Below, piece after piece: positions 52,637 through 64,000 of a stretch of 64,000 bases of DNA. The stretch's first letter is position 1, and every line of letters begins with the position of its first letter. Source of the DNA: Eledone cirrhosa (taxonomy: Eukaryota); contig OZ024740.1 of NCBI GenBank assembly GCA_964016885.1, positions 384,834,001 through 384,898,000 on the forward strand, given 5' to 3'. Position numbers and translations under genes: made by a program. The notes beneath the pieces were generated by a model. It had not been told where the DNA came from and ran no database searches. It was given only the letters and a program-made list of their open reading frames with translations.

Positions 52637-53460
52637 TAAAAATAATGAATAAAAACAAAGAAACAGTTTCTTATATTAAATAATTCATCATTTTACGATC
52701 GTTTCTAGGATATATATGTCTGTCTTGTTATGTATATCATATAGATCTATGTAAAAGTTTTACAAACTATCAGAGGGAATATACGTACCTACACATATAT
52801 ATGCTGTCTTCATACGCATTGGACACTTCCGTATATTTTGGTAGATTTATCTATACATATATATAAAATAAGTAAGTCAAATATGTTAAATTTGGCTTCC
52901 TTTATTATAAATTCTCTGCTATATATATTTCAGTGACAGCTATTATTGGTTGTGACCTCTTCAGGCAGTCCAAATTGATGTGTAATAGACAGGGACACGT
53001 GTTGTTGAAGTGTGTTCCACTCTGTCAATACATCGATATGTCCAGCTACTGGTTGTGTTGTTAATCCTACGAGGAACTGGAACCATATATGCTAGAACAA
53101 ACGAATTTCAACGTCAGAGGACACGCTCGTACCCCATTGGTCAGTTGTCATGCCACCCCAGTCGAAAGTCTATAGAAATTCTTCAGAAACAGGTCAACCT
53201 GTTATAGTTGTTTTTATCAGAATGTTTAAGTCCATTTGACCTCTTTTACCGTGGTGGTAGTGGTAGTGGTGTTAAGAGGTCAGCCAGCAGGTCAACCTTA
53301 TGTTGCTGCTATGATCGGAAGAATATATATGTGTAGACTGGCATCTCTCCTGCGACCACTTCATGTGGTGGGGATGTCAAACAAAAAATGCGTGTGTGTT
53401 ACAACCGATAAAAATAAAAAGATAAAAAATCAAAAAATTAGAAAAATATAAAATGAAATA

Positions 53461-53832
53461 AAAAACGTGTGTGTCAGAATCCAGAAGTGTAAAGAATTAC
53501 AATTCTTATTTTAGCAGAGAGTACATACGAGTAATTGCCCGCCAATGCGCATTATTGCGCGTTCACACGTATAAACACAGGCTCGAGTGCATTCACCTAT
53601 TTACGTCCAAACAGTCCAACAAAAGATGGGTGCGTTTTAAAACAGATGAAGTAAAAGTGAAATAAAAAATTAAAAAAAAAAAACCTGTTTGTCAAAATCC
53701 AGAGTGTAAAGGACTACAATTCTTTGTTCAGCATAAAGTTCATATGCGTATATGTTCGTCAACGCACAACGTTGCATGTACACATGTACAAACAAGGGCT
53801 CAGGTGCATTCCCATATTACGTCCACACAGTT
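53461..53832. repeat. Diverged direct repeat, ~219-bp period
   Basis: gtca.aatccaga.gtgtaaag.a.tacaattctt...ggctc..gtgcattc...ttacgtcca.acagt occurs twice. Confidence 0.75.
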
Positions 53833-53924
53833 ACACACACGCACACATTCACGCCTACAAATAATTCCATATATGCCTACATGTGGATACATACAGACAC
53901 AGGGTCAAAAGTCACCTCTAGAGG

Positions 53925-55185
53925 TGGGGGAGGGGTAAGTAGTAGTAATAGGCGCGTCCTATTTACTTGCGGTATTTAGCACTGACACATGCGTGCGAAG
54001 GAGGTCGGGTTCGAGGCAGGATATCCTCTGGGTTCTCGGATCACAAGCCGGGGTTGGGTGTTGAGGCCCGCTGGTCAGAAACCTGGGTTGCCTGTTTGCA
54101 CACAGGATTGGACTCCGCCGACGTACTTAGTCTCTTTATATCATCTAGTGTCAGCTAACTTGAGTTCTGATTAGAGAAGTGAGAGAGAGAGAGATTGGCC
54201 ACAGTGGTGTGAGGCATGGTTTTAGCAATTAGGTAGGTGTGTTGATATAGGTGCTAATCGAGGCGGGAGTGGAGGTGGGGATAGAGGTGGGCATAGGGGG
54301 TGGTTTTGGTGAACTTTGGGCTCGGTGTGACGCGGCTGCTGTCCCTATAACTTGAGGGAAGTTCCCATCATAATGGGTTGCAATCCATATAGCTTGAGGA
54401 AGGTTCCGGCGTTGAGGTGTCTACATGTACCAAAGAAGTCGGTCCTGAAGTTGATTAGGCTACCCCCACCACTGAGTATCTCGAGGATTTTGATCAGGCA
54501 GAGGTTTCAGATGCCAGATCCTCCTCCATCAGGTGGCACTTTCCTGATTTTGGACCAGGCTAAAGAGTACGGCATCCTGTCCAGCTTGAGTTCCAGATTA
54601 GTTCGGAAAGAGCCGTACTTTTCCTTTTGCCCACCCTATTAAAGGAATGGCGATGGTTATACTATCTGTCTTTGAAGCTCGTTGATGTGGCTCCTATGTG
54701 AAGGTGCTCAGAGTTGGTGTTTTTTAATCTACATCCGTATACTAAGTTCTTTATTAGGCATTCATTACTAAGGGGGTACAATGTGGGCGTTCTGCAGTTG
54801 CAGGAGGTGGTCGACCCCTGAATGCATATTGTGTGGTTCCCGTTGCGTAGTATGGGGTGGTCTGCCCCTGGGCCAGGTGAAGAGTCCCTGGGTCTGTTTG
54901 GGTTCCCCTGGTGGGTTCCGGATCCACCATTCCTCCCCTCCACATGGCACTGATGGGTGCCTCTAGAGTCAGCTGTTGGCTGTGTGTAGTTTCTAAGTCT
55001 ACTCTTATTGATGCTAGCTATGCGATGGGCTACGTTGCGCGTGGTAGAATACGAGAGCTTCACCGTGTGTCTTTTGAAGATCTTGTGGTATTTGTGATCC
55101 CTCAGGAAGCATTTATCCAGTGACCTAAAGAATAACTTGGCCAGGCTGGTCCTCAGGCCCGCTGAGTAGGGTGGGTTGTACCGCG
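53925..55185 (-). mobile_element. 5'-truncated Penelope-like element (thumb/linker, GIY-YIG, 3' UTR)
   Basis: YNPPYS...HKIFKRHTVKLSYSTTRN...CNCR....PLSNECLIKNLVY...HIGATSTSFKDR..HRHSF....STALSE.IW...NLCL....LINFRTDFFGTCRH. Confidence 0.88.
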
Positions 55186-55239
55186 TATATATATATATTT
55201 ATGTAACTATGTGATTGTGTATCGTATTATTGTTATTAT

Positions 55240-55242
<3 letters not shown>

Positions 55243-55328
<86 letters not shown>
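55243..55328. repeat. (TA)n microsatellite
   Basis: Seen directly. Confidence 0.95.
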
Positions 55329-56523
55329 GTTAGAGAGACCAAAACATGAATACAAATTAAATAAATAAATAGTATTGTACATGAATGATTTTGCTGTTTC
55401 GTTTTCAGGGCCTCAGCTGTTAAAAGAAGTATAGGCAGTTGTTCTCAAATCCAAGATGTTATCTAAATTCTGTCAAGAGATTGAACATCGCAAAGATACC
55501 CAAGGGTCAGGTGACGATTTTAGACAGGTTGACATGATAATTCTACTAATCCTCCATTCATTTGTTGTGCTGTTTAACCTCCGTCATTTCTGACCACAAA
55601 TGTCCCGTTGATTAAATCAACAGAATTATGCTCATGAAATTAAAGAGTAAGTGGCTGATCATCCCATAGGAACTTGTACCTTTAATGTAGTTTTCGGGGA
55701 TATTCAGCATAAAACAAAATGTAACAAGGTTGGCTTCTTGAATTAGCTAGACTGAGTGGACTGGATCATGAAATAAACTGTCTTGCTCAAAGGATACGAC
55801 ACGCCCCCGGTTCGGATATCTAAATTACGAATTAATGAATATGAGCCCGCTATTCTACATTTTATTGATACCCATAATTAGAAATACATTTATATACTCA
55901 GCTACATAATCCGATAATAGAAAACCGATGCATTTATATAAACGTTATAGAGGTGACATTAGTAACGCATTCGAAACCAAAATTTAAGAAATGCAATTAA
56001 TATATAGGGCTTAAAGAAATGCTATAATTCCATAAAAAGGAGTATTTATGCAAGGAATGTTATTCTAAATAAATTATTGCAGTTAAAAGACTCTAGTATT
56101 ATAAAATCAAGTGATAATGTGTATTGTGTTAGGAATAGTTGTGAACGAACACGGCTATGCTCAACATAGCAACGTCCAACGAAACCTATCGATTCAATCT
56201 GCTTAGGAATTAGACAGTTTCAATTAACACTGTCCTAACCTTGCAAATTCTTACATTACTAATATATTACAAGACAAGAAAGTCATAAATTTATGATCAA
56301 ATACAGAAATATACTCAAAGCAATTTACTCTACGATCCTGCACACTGATATACATACATACATACATTCATAGATACATACATACATACCTAAATACACA
56401 CATACATGCATATATACAGGCATGCTTGTATACATACATACATACATGCATACATACAGGCATGCTTGCATACATACATACATACATATCATTGGATACA
56501 TACATATATGCAGGCATATGTGT

Positions 56524-56594
<71 letters not shown>

Positions 56595-56780
56595 CACACA
56601 CACAAATGTACACATTCATACATGTATATAAACTTTGTGTGTGCGTTAGTGTCTATGCGTATATGCAATATATTGCATATATGCATAGACACTAACGCAT
56701 ACAAACACACACACAAAGTTTATATACATATATGAATATATACACTTGTGTGTGTGTATATATATATATATATACAAAAA

Positions 56781-57415
56781 GTTATGAAACGAAAGGAGCT
56801 GTGTGGTTACTAAAAACAAGGTTTAATATGGTGGTTAGGACGGAACAAGAGGAGAAAGGAAGAAAGGAGTTTCCATCGTCAGCTGTAAATGTTTCCCGAT
56901 CTGATGTTTCGGCGCTGAATTACAGGACTTCGGTGTAGTTCGGGTGCACCCGAGGCCTTTTATTAATCAAAAGGCCAGGTGGAAAAGGAGAGAGAAAGAG
57001 AGAAAAAAGGGGGAGAAAAAAGGAGAGAAAATAAAAGAGAGGGAAAGGAGTAAGAACAGGGAGGTAAAGGATGAGGAGCGAAGACGAAAGGGGAAAGGGA
57101 AGAGGGGGAAAATAGGAAAGGAATAGGAGAAAAACAAGTGTACAGGTCCCATCGTGGGAAGACACAGGTGAAAGAAACATGCAAAAAAGTAACCGTGGAA
57201 AAATAGGGAAAGTAAGTAAGTTGTGGCCAACCTGGGAGACTGGCGGTCAGCTACGACTCAGAGCTGGTATAATCATGCTGCCTCTCGCATAGACAGGAGA
57301 ATGTGAGAGAGAGACACGTGCAACCAAAAATGAGGAGGAGAAGGGAAGGGGAGATAATCCAGAAGGGTTTTTTTACGACGGTGGTAAAAACATGCCGCAA
57401 AGATTCCGGACGAGA
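56781..57415 (-). mobile_element. Higher-GC ~630-bp insertion between (TA)n tracts, possibly a solo LTR or other repeat
   Basis: Sharp compositional boundaries, purine-rich plus strand and ATTAAA near the minus-strand end; no coding signature. Confidence 0.3.
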
Positions 57416-57423
57416 TATGTATG

Positions 57424-57482
<59 letters not shown>

Positions 57483-57557
57483 TAATAATGATAGTGAGTA
57501 AAATCGAATTTGCAGCTAACGCATATATATGTATACATATATATAAATATATATACA

Positions 57558-57628
<71 letters not shown>

Positions 57629-57712
57629 TATATATATATATAAATATACATATATATAAATATGTATATGTAAATATACATATTCTTCATATGAATATCA
57701 CACTCTCTCGCT

Positions 57713-57768
<56 letters not shown>

Positions 57769-58151
57769 AGCGTGAGAGAGTGTGATATTCATATGAAGAA
57801 TATGTATATGTATATACAAATTCTTATTCGGATATAAATAAATATATGGGAACAATCTAACTACGTTCGCGAAACTGACAAGGGAGAATTATTGCTGGTT
57901 TTAACGGTATAAATGCAATTACGATTATCAAAAAAAAAATAAAACCCAAGGGCGGAATCGGTCACATACATACGAGCAAACATAGAATGTAACAGTATAT
58001 ATATATATGAGAGTATAAAAACATTACATATGCATAAGAGCATATGCAAACACACGCACACACACATATATATATATATATATATCTGTATATATATATA
58101 TGTATATGTGTATATATATATATTATATATATATATATATATATATGTATT

Positions 58152-58211
<60 letters not shown>

Positions 58212-58327
58212 ATATATATATATGTATCGGAGTTTTTTTTCTTTTGTATTTCAAAAGATAAAATGACTTCCACGCAACAATAAACACACACGCGTATGTA
58301 TATATATATATGTGTGGGGGGGGGGGG

Positions 58328-58382
<55 letters not shown>

Positions 58383-58383
58383 C

Positions 58384-58424
<41 letters not shown>

Positions 58425-59229
58425 TGTGTTTGTGTGTGTGTGTGTGTCTGTGTGTTTTTGTAAAACAATAAAAATTATATTAAAACACAGAAAATATGCT
58501 TACAGACACATACATTTAAAAAAGATGTACACAAAACGCAATATATAATATAAAAATACCATAGAGAACATAACGTGTTGAGAAAGTGGAATGAAGTTTT
58601 ATGTAACAAGACGAGATTAGAATATTAGCACTAGATTAAAAATAATAGAAGAGATAAAAGCATTGGGTAAATAGATTTGGTAATATGTAGGGAAAGAAAA
58701 GTAGTGGAGAAATATAAGAGTCAATGCTAATTAGCTCAGTCAAAAATAGAAATGCAGGGTAAGATACAAGTTCATATATATATGTAATTGTTGATGAACC
58801 ATATAATGAGTTTCAAAGTGTTAATTCGGAACAGGGTAACCTAAAAACAAGGTACGTGTGTCATATTAGTTTATTCTTGTTTTTTTTTATTCTTTACTTG
58901 TAACTAGACTGAAGCTAAGTAGGATATTTGATCGATAATATTGAAGTGATTTAGCCAATCACGTCGACTGCAGTACTTGTTTGTTTTTTTTTTGTTTTTT
59001 TTCTCAACATTTCTACTTAATTCATTTTTTGGGAGAACCGCTAAGTTATTGGACACAAAAGTAAATTATAGACAAAAAACACCAACACAACCACATATAC
59101 ATATACACACACATACTCTTATACATACATACACACTTACATGGTGGCTGCCAACTCATTTTCGAGTACGGCCACTACTTTATATTCATGTAGGAGAACC
59201 CCTACCGATGCACTGAACGAGTGTGACTT

Positions 59230-59757
59230 TTTAGTCCAGCCAGCGATTTGAAAACTCTGGTACAAACACTACACTTGTGACAATTATTGACACATAGTGC
59301 TGGGCCCATGGTACCATGTGACGACAAGTGCAGAGAGATCTCCAGATATAAAGCAATGCCTGTGCGGTGAAGCTTTTATAGTGAGCAAAGGTACTGCACA
59401 AAGCCAGTCCCCCTCTCTTAACCAAGATGATATTTACCAAAAAGAAGAACAAGTCAACATCATTGGATACCATCAGGGTTGCAGGTGTTATATCAGAATT
59501 TTCCTTCCCCTAGAATTCTGCCTTTACATAGGCTAAGCGGTCATCTCTCCCGGTGATTTTGGATGGCCATTGACTCTTAAGAGCTCCTTTGCCCTTTGAC
59601 AGGTTTTGTTTTTAGTCCTGCAGGATGTCCAAAGTCACCCTCCTCACCAAGAAACCTTGGTGGGGTTGCCAGTTTAGTCGCCAACGACCCGATCATAAGA
59701 CAGGTCGTACTGGGATACATGTTATCAGTAGCACCAACTGGTACCACCAGTAGCACC

Positions 59758-59760
<3 letters not shown>
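59230..59760 (-). mobile_element. Probable RTE LINE 5' UTR region
   Basis: Minus-strand motifs ggcgactaaactggcaacccc and ctagggaaggaaaattctgatataa resemble RTE 5' UTRs as I recall them; not verified by search. Confidence 0.4.
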
Positions 59761-59788
<28 letters not shown>

Positions 59789-59850
59789 CATACATACATA
59801 CATACATACATACATACATACATACATACATACATACATGCATACATACA
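59760..59850. repeat. (ACAT)n microsatellite
   Basis: Seen directly. Confidence 0.95.
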
Positions 59851-61265
59851 GAAAGATAGACAGATAGACATACAAGCATATATATACATACAGACAGACA
59901 GAGAGACAGACAGATAGACAGGCAGACAGACATATAAACATACAGACATACACGCATACATACATAATACATACATGATGTCCGCAAACTCGTGTTCGAG
60001 CATTGGCTTCGCCTGATAAAATGCTAAAAGATTTGAGGCATAAATGTGGCTCTTTAAACCAGCCAAAGACATGCACGCTCTGGCAACTGTAGGCTCTTCT
60101 GGGACTTTCCTATGCTTGGCTCTGAATGTGTGTTCTAATATGTCTTTTAAGACTTACCATGCTTGCACATTCCTTGCCACATTCGTTACACCTTTTCAGA
60201 TTATAATCTATATGAGTCTACCGATATGACTTTGTTTGTGTCTAATCAAACCAGCTTTGCTCCGGCAGACTCAACCACAGTTCTGGCAAACCAGATGTTG
60301 CTCAACAGCAGGCAGTTCAGAACATACATACATCCATTCGTTCGAAACTGATGGTGCGTGTGTATTTTATGATACATGCATACACATGTATGCATGCTGG
60401 CATACGACACATAACTTTATATAGATACATTTACTAAAACATTTTAATCGTGTAAATATATAATAAAGATCCACATAATGGGATAATAGCCATTCGGGAA
60501 GAATATATATGAATAACAACACAAACAACAAGCCAACTTCGGCGAGTCCGTCATTCGTTCACGCTAAATTAGCTGATCATGCCTAACTTCCTTTAAACAT
60601 AGGCTGCTTATGTCTTTCTCAGCTCCAGCCCGAAACTCTACCAGTTTTATCTTCGTTGATTCTAAGATGTATGCAGCATTGCCTGTTGGGGGTTATGAAA
60701 TCATGTTTGGATGCTACATTAGTTCTATTTTGTTTGGGGATATGTCATACTGTTTCTCATGTTTTGACTACTATGTAGAGTATGTGCAATGTGAGTTGTG
60801 TTATTTTGTTGGGTTGTAAGTTATGTTATGTGTGTTAGTGTCGGATGATTGTTTAAATTAGATTCTGTGGGTTGTGTAGTATTAATGCTTTGTTTCATTG
60901 TTATGCTTCACAATTATATAGGGGCAGTCAGCTGCCTATGAAGTTTTATCTCATTGAGAGATCTTTTGGGCGGCTTTATGATAGGACCCCTTGTCCTACC
61001 AATAGGTAATATTTTCGGATACATTGTTTTAGATACATGTTTTATAATAATTGTGGATGGTTATGTATAGTTATGTGTTTTGTTACTCTGTTTGGTGGGA
61101 TTTGATAAGTCATGTGTTGTGTGTTGACCGGTGAGTGTAGTCTGTAAGTAGTTTTATAGAATCTTGCACAGAATGTAAGCTGTGTCTTGCAGTGCGCTTT
61201 TTAAAGAGTGTTTGGTTTTCAGCCCTGGTATGTTGGTATATATATATAAATATGTATATATATAC

Positions 61266-61294
61266 AGAGAGAGGGAAAGAGAGAGAGAGAGAGC

Positions 61295-61382
<88 letters not shown>
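61266..61382. repeat. (GA)n microsatellite
   Basis: Seen directly. Confidence 0.95.
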
Positions 61383-61388
<6 letters not shown>

Positions 61389-61799
61389 ATTAATATTGTT
61401 TGAAAAATAACATCACCGAAAGCTAAGTTATGCGAGTCACTTTTGCTGCATTTACAGAAGTAAAGGCTACCTAATTCGTTAATATTTTCACTGGTTATGA
61501 CTTCTTTAAAAGTATAGATGTTCCAAGTTGAGAGAGTGAAATGGTTCTGTTTTTTATCACTACAAGACTTTTCAAAATATATTGCGTGCGTGTTAACGGC
61601 GCCAAAAGTTTCACACAATAAATAATTTCTTTTGTCTTGCTTCCTTTCCTTCGTTGCGATTTATAGAGAAAAATGTACTTAACAGTTTAAAGGTCTTTGT
61701 GACAAAAACATATTATATGTCATGTGGTCGTTTGATGAATGAAAGCATTGTGAAATATGTGTTTGCTGGACAACGTCTCAGTAATATTGCGTTATATAA

Positions 61800-61992
61800 A
61801 GTGATAGAGACCCCCTTCGGTCATCCGAGGCCACAAGACCGGGCAAAGTGTTTTTTGTAGAAGACCAGCAGTCGCCTATACATGCCAATCTCCCCATTCC
61901 AGTATTGTCTAATGGATACAACTTAGCACCAGAGAGACCTACAGGCGAGTGAACTGGAGCAATAAGTGTCATGTTCAAGGAAACAACGCGAA
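61800..61992 (-). mobile_element. SINE (second family) 3' part
   Basis: gagtgaactggagcaa...tg.tcaagg.aacaacgc, similar to 45215-45265. Confidence 0.55.
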
Positions 61993-62124
61993 CATATATA
62001 TATATATATATATATACATCTAGAGGTTGTAACGTGAAGTTACTGTAGGTTCACTCAGCCGAGCAGTCGATGTTTAGGTTGACGTCAGTAGCGTGGTGGA
62101 GAGCTAGACAGAGTGTAATATAAT

Positions 62125-62191
62125 AAGTGTTTCTACTTTTGGCACAAGGCCAGCAATTAACCAGTGCATTTATCGACCCCGTAAGGATGAA
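62125..62191 (-). mobile_element. SINE fragment
   Basis: tttctacttttggcacaaggccagcaatt...tatcgaccccgtaaggatgaa. Confidence 0.75.
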
Positions 62192-62194
62192 TAT

Positions 62195-62417
62195 AATAAT
62201 ACAAGGATAATTTGGTAAGCTTTCATTACATTTATTGAATAGTGACGCGCGTTTCGGTATTGATCAGCTGAAGGTTTAATCTGTATATTACTGGCCCGAC
62301 TGTGGAATCTGAGTCGGGTCAGATCGATAAAGATCGAACCTTAAGCTGATCAATAGCGAATGCGCGTCACCAATCAATAAATGTAATGAAGGCTGAACAA
62401 ATCGTCATTGTATTATT
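62195..62417. repeat. Imperfect palindrome of an HHR-3'-half element (family of 37190-37310)
   Basis: gtgacgcgcgtttcg.tattgatcagct.aaggtt and its reverse complement, centred at ~62308. Confidence 0.8.
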
Positions 62418-62426
62418 ATTATTATT

Positions 62427-62512
<86 letters not shown>

Positions 62513-62527
62513 AGAGAGAGAGATTCA

Positions 62528-62688
62528 GAAACCCGACGGCTGAGCTCCGGCCGCTTCGACAGCTAGATCCGAACTGTCGAAACGGCCGGGCTCAGCCGTC
62601 GGGGTCCTGACTCTTTTCATATTAGCCACTCTACTACCACAAGTATCAACTACTCTGGTGGGTTATAGTGCCTCTGGTATTTTACCAC

Positions 62689-62690
<2 letters not shown>
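62528..62690 (+). mobile_element. PLE-type terminal fold-back fragment (family of 10549-10728)
   Basis: gacag...ctgtc-GAAA-cggc..gccg-UC-ggggtc plus tail ccactctactacc..aagtat...tactctg, then (TA)n. Confidence 0.65.
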
Positions 62691-62763
<73 letters not shown>

Positions 62764-62794
62764 ATTATTAGAATTTCCAGCGAAAGCTCAACAC

Positions 62795-63215
62795 TCTTTA
62801 GACTTTGTGTGCGAAGTGCGATGATGCATGATAGTGAAACATGAGTAGTGATTGCAGAGGTCATGCGTAGACTGGAGAGAAAAGAAGCAGCCATGCTTCG
62901 TTGAATGTGCAGTATGAACGTGAGAAAAGTGCAGTTTGGATAAACTGAGGGAGAAACTGGGTTTAAGCAGAATCCGAAGTCTTGTGCAAAAGTGAAAACT
63001 TCGTGGGTATGGACATGTGATGAGCATGGATGATGAACAGTTGTTGACGAAGTGCCAGAAACTCTCAGTAGAGGGAAGCCGCAGTAAAGGTAGACCAAGG
63101 AAGACCTGGGCAGAGGTAGTGAAAGCTGATCTCAAATCGCTGAGACTCACAGAGGAGATGAAGAAGTTCCGGTCATTCCAAGTAATCGTGGAAAAACGAA
63201 CCAAAAAGGTGATTA
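62795..63215 (+). mobile_element. RTE-clade LINE 3' fragment
   Basis: VRSAMMHDSET...LERKEAAMLR.MC...LRGYGHVMSMDDE...VEGSRSKGRPRKTWAEVVKADL, (GAT)n tail. Confidence 0.85.
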
Positions 63216-64000
63216 TGATGATGATGATATATATGTGTGGGCATTTTAGTTTGTGTGCTTGCATGTGTATGTTAGAATAGAAACTCAAACGTAGATGTTC
63301 TTATTGAAGACATAACCACATGTTTTAATATTTAGAAGAAATACGTTAAATTTCTATGAAATTAATTGAAATTATTTCAGTGACCAACATTCCTGGCAAC
63401 TAGCTACATTTCTATGTCAATATATGTACTACATTAGTTTAATATATGTAGATATGTAACCCAAGAAGGTATAGTTATTTAATATCCACTATATTTCCCG
63501 AAATCAACTGATAGTGCCGGTTTACTTACAAATGGCCACCACATTTCTTGGGATATCTTGGTTGGGTCAGTAATATACCAGAAATAAATAAGGCTACGTT
63601 TAAATAATTCGATATAATTAATTTTTACTGGATCAGGAAATTGATGTTATGCACGCCAGAAAACCCTGCCCCTTTATACCAACAAATCTACCTGGATTAA
63701 AAAGTCAAATCCAATAGATACTTTTGATGTCTCAATTGGGTCGTAGAACAGCTCAAATATTTGCAACTTGGTTGGATTATTTATACATCGTACAGTTAAG
63801 AAAAATAATCTTTAACCCCATCAATGATTTCTAAAGCGATAATGGTTTGTCAGCCTCACATAATCGCAATGGCCATTCCCTAGGTAAATTCCGCAAAGAC
63901 CTAACAGAGATATTTAGTAACTTCGCTTTTTCAGTAAAGACTTAGGCAAAAATACTTAGACCACCTAATAGATAAGTACTTCCCCTCTCCACATATATAT

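Overview
AT-rich, repeat-saturated eukaryotic non-genic DNA, probably from an octopus/cephalopod (inferred from SINE types and very dense (TA)n/(CA)n microsatellites). I found no intact host gene; nearly all listed ORFs are microsatellite or repeat artefacts. The main signal is a hammerhead-ribozyme (HHR)/Penelope-like element (PLE) system. Positions 1-5120 are about 11 almost identical 467-bp units, each with a type I hammerhead (CUGAUGA...GAAA, palindromic stem III, GUU site) and an octamer motif, in a unit that folds almost entirely into hairpins. This is a retrozyme-like array. A diverged homolog with compensatory stem changes lies at ~17.0-17.5 kb. Other (TA)n-anchored non-coding tandem/inverted families are present (a 571-bp unit and a 285-bp tRNA-containing unit), along with solitary intact and decayed HHRs, fold-back palindromes centred on HHR stems, and two decayed PLEs (RT and/or GIY-YIG) of the kind that could mobilise them. 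Also present: a full-length DD37D (maT) transposon, a nearly intact unclassified transposase-like ORF, R4/Dong, RTE and Tx1-like LINE fragments, and many tRNA-derived SINEs. All structures were read by eye; no searches or folding programs were run.
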